From Octopus sinensis (taxonomy: Eukaryota), in assembly GCF_006345805.1 (NCBI RefSeq), contig NC_042997.1, forward strand, positions 3,534,001-3,598,000: a stretch of 64,000 bases of DNA, read 5' to 3'. Both the position numbers and the translations under genes were made by a program. Below, one piece after another: positions 1 through 13,200 of this stretch; the stretch's first letter is position 1, and each line of letters starts with the position of its first letter. The notes beneath the pieces are model-generated. The model saw nothing but the letters and a program-made list of their open reading frames with translations, was not told the DNA's origin and ran no database searches.

Positions 1-6
1 GACATG

Positions 7-192
7 TCTAACGGGGCCCACCTGCAAGGTTATGCGCTCTTTATCTAGATATGAGATTACCATGTTGCGCACATATGATTGTGAGGCATGGGTCTGGTGT
101 AACCTTATCAGACTGGTAGTCATGATGAGTATACTGGGCTTCGTATATTTTACCCCAGTGTCACTTTGAAGGCATGTACTGCTCTCTCACTC
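7..192 (+). mobile_element. 3' part of ~560-bp (TAA)n-anchored non-coding element
   Basis: Aligns with the reverse complement of 39623-39810 and ends identically (...CTGCTCTCTCACTCA) directly before (AAT)n. Confidence 0.9.
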
Positions 193-232
193 AATAATAA
201 TAATAATAATAATGATAATAATAATAATAATG

Positions 233-323
<91 letters not shown>

Positions 324-366
324 TAATAATAATAAAAATAATAATAATATTAATAATAATAGTAAT
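191..366. repeat. (AAT)n microsatellite
   Basis: Direct inspection. Confidence 0.99.
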
Positions 367-624
367 GAAACCTATTTGAAAATTATTCCTGGCTTATCAT
401 CACTACAGGAAGTGCAAAAAAATCGTATTAACTTGAACGGCTCATGTCCTGAGAAGAGCATTATCGCTGTGAAAACAACATCCATCCATGAATTTATTTA
501 TTTATTAATTTTAAATACATATTTTATCTGTGAATTTGCGCGTGTAATCTGGGAATGCATATAATGAGCTTCTCTGCCCAGGGCGAGAAACGGAAGAACA
601 TTTGAAGAAAGAAGAAAAAAAAAC
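367..624 (+). mobile_element. 3' end fragment of RLE (R4/Dong-like) non-LTR retrotransposon
   Basis: Frameshifted C-terminus YLKIIPGLSSLQEVQK-IVLT*TAHVLRRALSL*, then 3' UTR and (AAT)n tail at 625-678. Confidence 0.85.
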
Positions 625-678
<54 letters not shown>

Positions 679-679
<1 letters not shown>

Positions 680-2906
680 GAGAACACCGGGGAACGTTTC
701 AGATATAAGAAGGAAAATACAGAGCTCCGAAATCTATCCACAAACATCGAAAACAAGGACATCCTATGGAGCCAAATATTTACTAACAAAGAATTGGACT
801 GTATCGGAGTAAGTAATACTAATTGAAATTTATTACTATTTTCGAAACGAAATGATGTATTTTGACTCGATATCATCTCCACCTCTAACACAACACATGT
901 AAACATGCGTGGAACATCACGATCATCCCCGACCCCAAACACCATGTACAAAGGAACTACGAAGAAATTAAATGCGAAAGACTACACGTGCGAAATAATG
1001 TGACAACAGAAATAAACAGACCGGTACCCTACGAAAATGACGACCGTCAAAGTAATGGGCCGGACGTTGTACCTCATGTCCCGCAAATAAAACCCAAAAG
1101 ACGTAAATGCACACGTGAGGAATACATTTCTATCTTACACGCATACTTCACAGCAGTGCTCTACCCAAGAAATGAAAATACAACAACACATACATATAAA
1201 ATATGGAAGGAAAATAATAGAGATATAGACTTGCATACAGTAATGAACCCTAATAAATTAGCTAACGTACGAAGATACATTCTCAACACAAAAAATATAT
1301 CAGAAATAGAAATAGAACATCTAAAAGAAAAAGTACGCCAGGAAAATGTAGATAGAAGCCACACAACAATGCCCAATAATATAAACACTGAAACTGTAAA
1401 ACACGAAGACAAACGCAACATTCCCAACAAACACGATGTAAACAACGAAGGGGAGCCTAATGATTATGATAATATAAAAAATAAAATAATCAAAGAACTG
1501 AAAACCACAGAGCTCAAAATGGACCACCGACCATACCTCCCAAGAATCAAAATAAACGAAATAACAACACCAATTATAAACAGCTTAAACCTAGCCGTCA
1601 CTGAACTAATAGCCACTGAAACAAAAAAAGTGATATCACTGAGCTACATGAATTAATATACGCAGCAGCCACAAAAGAAGCTGGGTACTCACCCAAACCC
1701 GCCCAAACAGGAGTACCACCACCCAAACAAACCCTGTGGATAAATAACATCCAAAACAAAATTTTAAAAATTAGAAAAGACCTGTCGATTCTTAATGAAA
1801 TCAGCAAAGAATCAACGCTACTGAGCAACAAAAAGAAAACAAAAATACTCCGCAAATATAACATCACAGAAAAAGATTTGCCTGAGATAAAAGAAAAGCT
1901 GAAGCAAGATATCCTTGCCAAAGCACAAAGGATACGCCGGTACGAGAAACGCCAACGCTTCTTTGAACTAAATAACTCCGACCCCAAAAAGTTCTACCAA
2001 GAACTGGGCAAAACTAAAATAGAAGTCACTGCAGCACCAACGGCAGAAGAATTGGAAGAATTCTGGAGAGAAATATTGTCGGCGAACGAACAACCAAAAA
2101 AAAGGAGTATCAAAATAACTAACTCGGCATCTAAACAACTTTGGACCCCCATAACAACTGAAGAGGTCACCCAGGCACTGCAAAGACTAAGCAACTGGAA
2201 GGCACCTGGGCATGACAAGATCCCCAACTTCTGGTTGAAATATCTAACAGGAATGCACAAAAAGCTGGCTGAAAACTTTAGCAACATACTAGTAGAGCTA
2301 GAGACAATGCCTGAATGGCTCACGAAGGGGAAAACCATCTTAATTCCCAAATCAAATGAAACAGAAAAACCAGAAATCTACAGACCAATAACCTGCCTCC
2401 CTACTATGTTCAAGGCATTTACTGCAGTGATATCGCAAAGGCTGAACAAGCATCTGGACGAAAACAAACTGTTCCCAGAAGAGCAGAAAGGATGCCGCAA
2501 AGGCTCATATGGCTGTAAAGATCAAATAATGATTAATAAAGCCATAACTGAAGACAGCCACAGAAAGAAGAAAGGCCTCAGTATGGCCTGGATTGACTAC
2601 AAAAAGACTTTTGATAGCATCCCCCACACATGGATCCTCGAAACACTAAAACAGAAACAATCCCTATCATAGTAGGTGCATTAGGCATGATAAAAAAATA
2701 TTCGGACAAATACATAACAAAAACACCAGGACTTACAAACACATATAACATACAGAAAATTGCACTACTAGGCACTCCACACATCCTACGCAGAACACTT
2801 TCCATACAATAACCATCAGAGCATCACAACAAATCACAACACATACCCAAGGCACACAGAACTGCGCTCGGTAGTGAAGTGAAAGCACGCTATAAAAATA
2901 AAACTA

Positions 2907-2910
<4 letters not shown>
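679..2910 (+). mobile_element. Internally deleted R4/Dong-like RLE retrotransposon (pseudogenised)
   Basis: N-terminal motif KRRKCTREEY..LANVRRYI..ISEIEIEHLK; RT motifs WKAPGHDKIPNFWLK, YRPITCLPT, EQKGCRKG, AWIDYKKTFDSIPH; then a jump to C-terminus KTETIPIIVGALG..LLGTPHILRRTLSIQ*; 3' UTR and (AAT)n tail. Confidence 0.95.
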
Positions 2911-2950
<40 letters not shown>

Positions 2951-3069
2951 TAATGATAATAATGATCCTTGATACATATGCACATGACCTGAACTCTGGA
3001 GAAAGGGATAAGTCGATTACAACGACCCCAGTGTAATAATAATAATACGTAATAATAATATTTAAATAC

Positions 3070-3330
3070 TGCAATATCAACTTACTGGTACGAACAACAT
3101 CCTGAGTCAGTCACTATCCTCTGAGATTTTCCAGTCAACCCCAGAGAACTATCCAAGCAATTGACATTGTCATTAGATACGAGGAAGAAAATATTTGTTG
3201 ACAAATAGATGTTCCCACGGATAAAGTAATGTATGTAAAAGTACTCGACAAAGTAAATATAAGTACGAGGAAATTGACATACAAATAATGTGGCATTATA
3301 AAACGAGAACTATTCCTGTTATTGTGTATA
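3070..3330 (+). mobile_element. Degraded RLE endonuclease-domain fragment
   Basis: Frameshifted remnants WYEQHPES, DFPV, DIVI, DVP.D, and MWH.KTRTIPVIV. Confidence 0.7.
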
Positions 3331-3483
3331 CTACATGAACATTTTTCACTCCTACCGCTGCTCCATCTCCTCCTCAGTTATACGATAATATCTCTTATCC
3401 TTCACTCGCCTTCGGACGCTGAGTCTGTCTCGGCGATTGAGTATATCAAACATGCAGATTAAAAGTTAATGATGATGATGATG

Positions 3484-3486
<3 letters not shown>

Positions 3487-3515
<29 letters not shown>

Positions 3516-3605
3516 AAGAAGAAGAAGAAGAGAAGAAGAAGAAGAAGAAGAAGAAGAAGAAGAAGAAGAAGAAGAAGAAGAAGAAGAAGAAGAAGAAGAA
3601 GAAGG
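3487..3605. repeat. (GAA)n microsatellite
   Basis: Direct inspection. Confidence 0.99.
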
Positions 3606-3699
3606 GTGAAATCAATCGCATAGTAGAAAGCGTTTGAAACATTGACTGATTTTTGGGGGAAAAATCGTAGCAAACAAACAAATACGCTGCTCGTAGCAA

Positions 3700-4380
3700 A
3701 CAATGTGATATAGACCAGAAGCATATCCATCACCGGCTACGGAGCTGAGTGCTAAAGGCAGAAGACAAAAGCTTTATCTTAGCTGCTCAAGATGGGAGGT
3801 AATTGACCCGCTACTTCCAAGTAAAAGTGATGAAAAATAGAGTACACCCAAAGTATCCCAAACTGCAAGGACATGATTGAAACAGTAGACCGCCTAATTT
3901 CTGGGTTTAAAATTTTAGCACCAATAGACTATGGATCATGATATTGTTGGTCAATATCTACAGTGGTAAATATATCAGCATTATAAAATCAAAATTGATG
4001 ACAAATGGTACAAGCATTACCCATGAGTCTGTAACTGAGGGAGAAAATTCCAGTCCACACAGATCGGAACATCACAGTTAAAAAATTAAAAAAATATAGA
4101 AACTCTTTGGAGAGGCCAAAATGGTAAGATATATATATCGATTAACGCGAGAATGCCTTGATAACATAATATCTCATCAAAAGGATTTGATAATATGAAT
4201 AGAAAAACTGTGACATCTTAAGACGGTTAAAACCAGTGGTTGTAAGAGGAATTGAAATTACCAAAACGGTGCTGGAAATTATGTGAGGATGATCTCTGGC
4301 TTACTATCCACGCAAGAAGAGCAAAATATTGTTTTAAATTATAGATCACACATATTGAGAAAAGCATTGCCGCTGTGAAT
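3700..4380 (+). mobile_element. Degraded RLE retrotransposon 3' fragment (zinc knuckle + RLE)
   Basis: FILAAQD, ETVDRLISG, HDIVGQYLQW, KWYKH, and terminal SHILRKALPL*. Confidence 0.85.
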
Positions 4381-4609
4381 TTTCTTTTCTTCTACGATTC
4401 CTTTCCTTTCTTTTATTTTGCCATTTTTCTATTTAATTTAAAGAAAATATTATCTATTTTTCGTCTTTCTTTCTTTTCGTTTATTTACTACGGCCTGACT
4501 TTGTAATGGAACAATCTGGTGTGTTTATTTTAATGACCTACGAAAATGTACAATGAGTATCTTCGTCATGGAAGTAGGGAAGAAAATCAGTAAGAAATGG
4601 AAGCAAAAT

Positions 4610-4758
4610 TGAATAATAATAATAAACATAATAATAATGATGATGATGAGGACGACGACGACGACGACAACAACAACAACAACAAAAATAATAATAATAC
4701 GTATAATAAAAAAAATATGAAGAAGAAGAATAAAAATTAAAAAATAATAATAATAATA

Positions 4759-4806
<48 letters not shown>

Positions 4807-4815
4807 GACAACAAT
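4610..4815. repeat. Compound AAT/GAT/GAC/AAC microsatellite
   Basis: Direct inspection. Confidence 0.95.
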
Positions 4816-5724
4816 AACATGTAGACACTGTGGAAAGAGTGTGGAAAATGAGAACCACTTAGTAACTGGATGTGAGATTTTTGCACAAAAAGAATACAAG
4901 CGCCGCCACAATGAAGTTTGTGTATCTTCATTGGCTCTTATGTCGTAAATACCATTATGAAGTAACAGAGAACAGGTATGAGCACGTACCAAGTAAAGTT
5001 ATGCAAGAGGACGGAAAAGTAGTGGTACTCTCGGAATATGATGTTCATACGTATCGTGTAATCGAATAACGTCGGTCGGATATTGTCATATTGAATAAGG
5101 GAGACAAATACCGTCAGATCATTGATGTAGCCATACCAAATGACATGAATGTTGTGATTAAAGAGGTTGAACATATCACCAATTACATCGAACTGAAAAT
5201 GAAAATGGCAAGACCTCATGGAATGCGGGAGGGTTATGTGAAAGCGAGGGTTATATAAAGGCGGCGAGCTGGCAGAATCGTTAGCATGTCGGGCGAAATG
5301 CTTAGCGGTATTTCGGCTGCCGTTACGTTGTGAGTTCAAATTCCGCCGAGGTCGACTTTGCCTTTCATCCTTTCGGGGTCGATAAATAAAGTACCAGTTA
5401 AGCACTGGGGTCGATATAATCAACTTAATACCTATGTCTGTCTATGTTTGTCCCCTCTGTGTTTAGCCCCTCGTGGGTAATAAAGAAATAGGTTATGTGA
5501 AAGCGATTACAGTGGTGATTGGAATGTTGGACTCAATCCAATTGAAGTTTCAAAAGTTCCTAAGGCAACTGCAAATCCCATGCAAGATTGGTGTCTTGGA
5601 AACAGCAGCCTTATTTGGCACGGCACACATCTTAAAGAAAGTATTATCTGTCAGAGGTACTTTTTGAGAATTGACAGATCACTGAAGACTTAGGTGCATT
5701 TTACGTACTCTGTTAGAAAGGAAC
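4816..5724 (+). mobile_element. 5'-truncated RLE retrotransposon interrupted by a SINE
   Basis: CRHCGKSVENENHLVTGC zinc knuckle, KEYKRRHNEV, RRSDIVIL..IIDVAIPND, and after the SINE VVIGMLD..LFGTAHILKKVL. Confidence 0.92.
5248..5490 (+). mobile_element. tRNA-derived SINE (family A) with 16-bp TSD
   Basis: A-box-like TGGCAGAATCG, B-box GAGTTCAAATTCC; GGTTATGTGAAAGCGA duplicated at 5232-5247 and 5491-5506. Confidence 0.93.
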
Positions 5725-5957
<233 letters not shown>

Positions 5958-7749
5958 TGGATTTGGGACACACTCGCCATGTGTGGAATAGCTAGGAACG
6001 TGCGTACACAGATTAAGAACAACATGCCTAGTTGGAAAACATCTCTTTCCTGTAACAACCAGCACTTAGCCGAGGTAACAATCAATGAGGTATCTTCCAA
6101 GGAGACTCTTGTTCACCTCTGCTGTTTGTTGTAATATTGATCCCACTTTCTGTAGTCCTACGTAAAATCAACTTCCAATATAAGCTGAGAAAGTACGGAC
6201 CACGTCTCATGCACCTTCTCTTCATGGATGATGTAAACCTGTTCGCAAAAACAGAGCATGAAATATAGAGGCTGGTTGAAACTGTGCAAAATTGAAGCAA
6301 GTATATCGGGATAGAATTCGGTATCTCGAAGTGTGCAGTGCTTGCTTTGAACAGTAAATCATAGAGGTATAGAATTACCAAACAGAGAGAGAGAATGGAA
6401 GACTTGGATAATGATGGGTACAAGTACCTCGGGATCCTGGAGCTGGACAATATATAGCACAGAGAAATGAAAGACAAGATCATCATTGCATATCTCAAGC
6501 GCATCAAACTTCACATGAAGTCAGAGACTAACTCAAAGTACATTGTGACTGCCATTAACATACGGGCCGCTGCTGTAGTTCGTTATAGTGCACCCATTCT
6601 GAGATGGTCACAAGCGGAGATGGACCAAGTCGATCGCACTACTGGACAAGCGATGAGAATGCATGTTGCCCTCCAACCTAAGGTTAAGATACACAGGCTT
6701 TACGTGAAGAGAGGTAAGGGTGAACGTGGGCAGATCAGCGTACGGCTGTGCATCAACAATGAATGAAGAAACACATATTTGGTAAACCGCAAAGAAGACC
6801 TGCTATAGTATGCCGCTAGTGAAGAAGGAGTTAACAAAACTGGAGGAGAGAATGCTGAGGAATTACGAATAACAACAGCCAAGGAGAGAGAAGAAAACCT
6901 AATTGGTATGGATTTATACGGTCATTTCTACCGAGGATCCAACAAATTATAAGACCAGGGTGCATCATGGAGGTGGCTCAACTAGTGTGACCTAAAGAGA
7001 GTACTGAAAGCTAATCATCGCGGCCCAGTAACAGGAATTGAAATCCAAATCAGTGAAAAAGAACATATACCACACAAGTGCGTCGGAACTGTATAGGTTG
7101 TGTGGGAATAGGGTCGAAAGTGTGACTCATATTATCTGTGCATGCGACAGGCTTCCGCAGAAAGAGTACAAGTACAGACATGACAAAGTAGGCCAAATTC
7201 CCATCCACTGCCAACTATGCCATAAGTATGTTTATGAGGTTACGGGTGTTTGGCACCAACTTAAACGGGAAAAGGTATTAGGCGGAAATGGGAAGGCAAA
7301 ATTCTCCGAGACTTTGATTTGCAGACAATGTGTTAGAGAACCGAATTCCGGATATAGTAACTTTTAGGAGGGATATACAAGAGTGCCAAATAATCGACGG
7401 AGCAGTGCCTGGATATCAACTTATCATCATGAACGAAATCATATCAACATAAAAGAAAGAGAAAGTGTTGATAAATATGGAGACCTGAGAACTGAGATAG
7501 CTAACATGTGACAGCTAGAAGATTCGAACATAAAGATTATCTGTTTTATTATCGGTGCATTGGGTTCGATAGCACTCAATAGGAAACAGCAAAATAAATG
7601 AAAACCATGGAAATTCCCAACAATATAGATCTATACACAAGGTCGGCATTACGTAGAAATGCACGCGAAATATACTGTCGGACAAAGGTACTTGTCTTTT
7701 GACACACTAAAATAGCTTAAAAAACAACCTGAAGATACTGTGCGACGTT

Positions 7750-7750
<1 letters not shown>
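5958..7750 (+). mobile_element. 5'-truncated RLE retrotransposon (RT 3' half, thumb, CCHC, RLE), decayed
   Basis: GIFQGDSCSPLLF, HLLFMDDVNLF, YKYLGILE, RLYVKRGKGERG, CGNRVESVTHIICAC, KYRHDKVGQ; (AAT)n tail at 7751-7843. Confidence 0.95.
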
Positions 7751-7823
<73 letters not shown>

Positions 7824-7843
7824 TAATAATAATAATAATAATA

Positions 7844-7877
7844 AAGTGAAAGCACGCTATAAAAATAAAACTACTGA
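7844..7877 (+). mobile_element. 34-bp 3'-terminal stub of the 679-2910 family
   Basis: Identical to 2877-2910 and flanked by (AAT)n on both sides. Confidence 0.9.
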
Positions 7878-7895
7878 ATAATAATAATAATAATA

Positions 7896-8301
7896 TTAAA
7901 TACTGAGCAAATATAAAGATCTTGAAATAGAAATCAGCAAAATGTGGAACCTGAAGACTAAAACAATACCTGCTGTCATAGGTACCCTGGGAATGATAGC
8001 AAAAGGGGCTGATAGCTACCTAACTCATATACCAGGAAACCCCAAAATGGCAGAAATTCAAACGATAGTGCTCATGGGAACTGCTCATATCCTACGCAAA
8101 ATACTTTCTATGTAATCTCAAGGTTTAAAAGAAAGATAATTTTCGCATGTTCTTTTTAGACACTGACTAGTTCAACACTAAGTACAAAACCAAATATATG
8201 GCACCCTAGGCATAACACCAACATAAACTTCCAACTTGTCTCTTGAGGTCTCTGGGTGAGACTTGGAGCCGACTTGTACAAATGTAAAGCAAAAGTCAAA
8301 C

Positions 8302-8303
<2 letters not shown>
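7896..8303 (+). mobile_element. Short 5'-truncated RLE retrotransposon 3' end
   Basis: KYKDLEIEISKMWNLKTKTIPAVIGTLG..LMGTAHILRKILSM*, 3' UTR, (AAT)n tail at 8304-8376. Confidence 0.93.
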
Positions 8304-8376
<73 letters not shown>

Positions 8377-11177
8377 TCAAAGGAAACCGGTGGAAACGCC
8401 CCATGGACTAATTAATGATACATCTAGTGATGGTGTCATACAAAATAAAAACATTGGTAATTGTGCAACCCAATAATCGCAACCTCATATGAGTGACAAT
8501 GAAACAATGATATATTGTGAATAATGATGGTAATGAAACTCATATTCTGGTCCTGCTCCAGCCTGTAGATAGCCTGAAAGTTACCACCACATACGGCGTA
8601 TATGGATCACGAAAATTAATGCAGGGATTATGGAGTGTTAGTACCTGAGCAACATGGTAAATGAAAATGGTGCTCAAATTAGACGTTACCAACAACGTAT
8701 ATATGATCGTTGGAGAGAAAGTGATTGTTTCAACTCACAGAACAGGGACCATATGATTAAGAGAGAGCAATAAGAAAAATAACCGTTGATTCAGAGAAGT
8801 AGAGATTGAAAATATAAAAATACGACTCTTGGAAAATAGCAGCAGAGATAAAGATGAAAATACAGCTCTTACTAATAAGAGTAATCTCATAGCACAGTTA
8901 AGGAACAGTGGTAGTTTACTTGATGAGAGAAAACAATAAATCTAATGATGACATGACAGATGAACAAAAGGCAATCTACGACAGAATACAGGCAAGACTA
9001 AAAGAGAACGATAGCGACATTATTTGCAACCTTGAAAACTTTGATCGATGGAAATTGACACGAGAAACGCAAAATGTCAAGGCAGCAAGTATTGTTGTAG
9101 CAGAATATGTGGGTGTTGATGTCAAAAACAAAAAAGAAAAAGAAAGAAGCGTAATGGGAGTGACAAAAGAAAAATCCATGGTGGGAAAGAAGAATACAGA
9201 CAGGGTTAGTGATGCTCTCGAAGGAAATTTATGTTTGACGGAAAACGGAAAGGGGGGGGATTAAAAGCGAACAAAAATACAGGGCGCTGAAAAAGAAGTA
9301 TAATATTGAAAGAAAGGATCTGAAAGTTGTGATGGAGGGACTGAAACAACGCCTCGTTGCAAAGAAAACAAAGATGCTTCGATACGACTAAAGAATGAAG
9401 GGTTACCACCAGAATAGTTTATTCAGGGTAGAGCAGAAAAGTTCCATAAAAAAATAAATGGAGAGTGTACAGAACCAATCAGTTCAGTTAGGGAAGTGAA
9501 AGAAAAAAAGCATGAGCAATTGGAAGGCCATGGTATCAGATGGAGTTCAAGGCTACTGGATGAAATGATTTGATGAATATCATGCACGAATAGCTGCGCA
9601 ATGCAACACCTTGTTAAATGCCGACCAAGTAACCCCAGAGTGGTTGAAATTAAGTTGGGCTGAGCTGTGCTTGAAAGACATCAAAAAATGCAATACGGTA
9701 GACAATTTCAGGCCGATATCCTCTTTTCCACTAATGTGGATGTTATTGACTAGAATAATCGCAAAGTGAACGTACAAACATCTGGAAAAATTAAGTACTG
9801 CCCTATGAGCAGAAGTGTAGCAAGTGTAAGTGCAGATGTGCCAAGAATAGTCAAAATTGTACTGAGAGAATGCAAGAGGAGGAAAAGTAACTTATGCATG
9901 GCATGGATCGATTATCATAAGGCGTACGATATGATCCCATATTCTTGGTATTGCATCGAATGTTGAGCGAATTAGTGGACGGACCTGACAGTATACGGAA
10001 GAAGTATAAGGACAGTAGAAATTAGGGGGGACATCTTCCAAGGGGAATGCCTGTATTCACTGATCTTTATAATATGCTTGATCCCACTAAAACAGATCGG
10101 TAAAAATGAAGCCCAAGTCAGTTTCCTTGTTGATACGGTGTATACCTTCAGTGTTGATATCAAATTGGAGTTCGGACTGAGAAAGTGTGGTGTGTTAGTC
10201 TTGAGGAGAGACCGAATCCAATGTATAGACGGGCTAAAAATACCGTCTGGGGAGGATCTGAAGCGGATAGAAGATTCGAGCTATAAGTACTTGGGGACTT
10301 TGGAAATAGATAAATTGTTGGAGAAAGAACTGACAGAAAAAAATTAAGGTGTAGTAATTGCGCAGACTGAGACTGATCTTGATGTCGAAATTTAACGGAC
10401 GGAATAAGATTGAAGCTATCAACCCCTGGGTGGTCTCACACATTACATATTCAGGAGGGGTAATCGCATGTACAGTAGACGAACTAAACAATTTAGACAG
10501 AAAGACGAGGAAGTAAATAACTAGACACGGTTCATTCAACCCAAACTGTGACACAGACAGTGCATAATCTGTGGAAAAAACGGTGAAACCGTATGGTATA
10601 TTACCAGTCAATGTACGTCACTAGCCCAGAAGGAATATAAATACGCCACGACAATACGCCTGTCCATAGGATACTTTAAAAGTAGTATGCTTTTTACAGA
10701 GTAAAAAATTGGTACGACAACTAACCTGAAGGCATCGTCGAAAATAGAAATACAAAGATCCTATGGGAGTTTATGATTCAGTGCGACCATATGATGGAGA
10801 AAAGTAAGCCGTGCATGGTCTTAATGGAGAAAGATAAACTATGCTGAATGATAGATATTGCATGCCCAGGTGACAACATGGTATGTGATAAGAAAGAAAG
10901 AAATGTCGAGAGATATTACAAGTTATCTTGCAGTTGTGGTCGATGTTACAGATAGCAGCAGTAACAATAAGAGTTCGAGCCCTGGGAACAGTGAGCAAAA
11001 ATATCGATATGTAAGGGGAACAAATAGAGGCTGTAATAAGAGTGGAGTATTTGCCTAAAACAGCACTGCTTGGAACCACTCGAATACTACGGAAGGTGCT
11101 CGAAAATTAAGAGTTGTTACCTCAGTGCAACGGCTGATATTTTAGTACATCCCCAGCGTTAGAAGCTGTGCAAAGGC
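8377..11177 (+). mobile_element. Near-full-length, multiply deleted RLE retrotransposon
   Basis: N-terminal RRYQQRIYDRW, RT AWIDYHKAYDMIP, IFQG, YKYLG, CIICG..ETV, RLE region, terminal LLGTTRILRKVLEN*; tail at 11178. Confidence 0.9.
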
Positions 11178-11254
<77 letters not shown>

Positions 11255-11441
11255 TAATAATAATAATGACAACAACAACAATAATAACAATAACAATAAC
11301 AATAATAATAATAATAATAATAATAGTAATAATAATAATAATAACAATAACAATAACGATAACGATAATAATAATAATGACAACAACAACAATAGTAATA
11401 ATAATTACAATAATGATGATGATAATGATGATGACGACGAC

Positions 11442-11486
<45 letters not shown>

Positions 11487-11915
11487 GATGATGATGATGA
11501 CGATGATGATGACGATGACGATGATGACGATGAAGACGATGATGATGATGATGATGACGATGAAGACGATGATGACGATGATGACGATGATGATGATGAT
11601 GACGATGACGACGATGACGATGATGATGATGATGATGATGATGACGATGATGATGATGACGATGACGATTACGATGATGATGACGATGATGATGATGACG
11701 ATGATGACGACGATGACGATGATGATGATGACGATGACGATGAGGACGATGATGATGACGATGATGACGATGACGATGATGATGACGATGATGATGATGA
11801 CGATGATGATGATGATGATGACGACAACGACGACGATGATGATGATAACGACGACGACGATGATGAGGATGATGTTGATGATGATGATAACAATAATAAT
11901 AATAATAATAACAAT
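11178..11915. repeat. Long compound AAT/AAC/GAT/GAC microsatellite
   Basis: Direct inspection. Confidence 0.98.
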
Positions 11916-11939
11916 ATAGACGATTTAGATGAATACTGA

Positions 11940-13200
11940 AATTAGAGCTGAATGCGAAAAACGAGCTAATAGGTATCAACGCTCTAGCCTTCCAAGTATA
12001 ACTTACAGCTACAATATTCTGAACTGAAATCTAAATGAACTAAACTGGAAAGCAAGAAAAATAATGAAAATATTTATTATGCACCATCTGAAATCTTACA
12101 CATAAAGGTTATTTGTGCAACGTATCGAAGGTGGTAGTGACTATTACAAAATAACCACTATAGGGCTACATAAATATCTACTTAAGAAGCAATGAAAAAT
12201 AATTGAAATAACCACAAATCTCGAACAATGCATAAATCCGTTTTCAGCTGACAAATAGAAAATTGAAATTATAGTACATAAGTAACAACTCTGAAGGCAA
12301 AGAAGAAATAATAAAAGATGTAAAACAAAAAATAAATCCAAAATAAACCTGGAACAGTAACGGATACTGATTAAACGTTGGCAAGAATAGCACTTTCGTG
12401 GCAAATTCTGGGTTAAAATAAACAGAAAATAAATAGACAAAGCTAAATCGGAAGAATGGATGAGAAGCTCCGGAGTCAAAGCACACACTGAAGAATTGTT
12501 AACTTCAGCACAAGACAAAATAATTCTCAGAAATTACCAAAATATACCATGAAATGACATACAAAAACATAACTGTAGAATAATTGGAAATAGACAAGAA
12601 ACAATAAATCATATTGTCTCAGTCTCCCCAGTCTTAGCTAAGAAGGTATGTATTCACAGATATGAGAGAGTCGTGACCTATATTTTGCAAATGATCACTT
12701 CTCACTACTCAGGAACGTCACCGTTCATACTGAGAGAAAGATAGATGCGAATAGATTAGACATTATATTGAAAGACATTACACAAAAATCATGTATCTTC
12801 ATTGGTATGACTCTACCACATGACATAAATTTGTCTGTCAAGACCTACCAAATACTGAGCAAGTATAAATAGAAATTGTCAAAATGGGGAACCTCAAGAC
12901 TAATGCAATACCTGAGTCAAAGGTGGTGCAGCTGGAATGATAGCGAAAGGTGCTTATCGCTACCTAGAACAGATGCCAGGAAATCCACAAATAGCAGAAA
13001 TTCCAAAAGTAATGCTCATGGAAACTGCCCATATCCTTCGTAAGATATTGTCGATGTAATCTCAAATTTAAGACAAACGTAACTTCCTTTTGTTTTCTTA
13101 AACATTCTTCAGAACAATAATTTGGGCATAACCAAATATATGAGTGAGGATAAGAAAAATATGATGATGTATGTTTTTCCCAGTCTAGGAGGTAGTCGAA
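11940..13200 (+). mobile_element. Decayed RLE retrotransposon 3' portion (same family as 7896-8303)
   Basis: ELNAKNELIGINAL, MHHLKS, terminal GMIAKGAYRYLEQMPGNPQIAEI..ETAHILRKILSM*, with similar start of 3' UTR. Confidence 0.85.
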
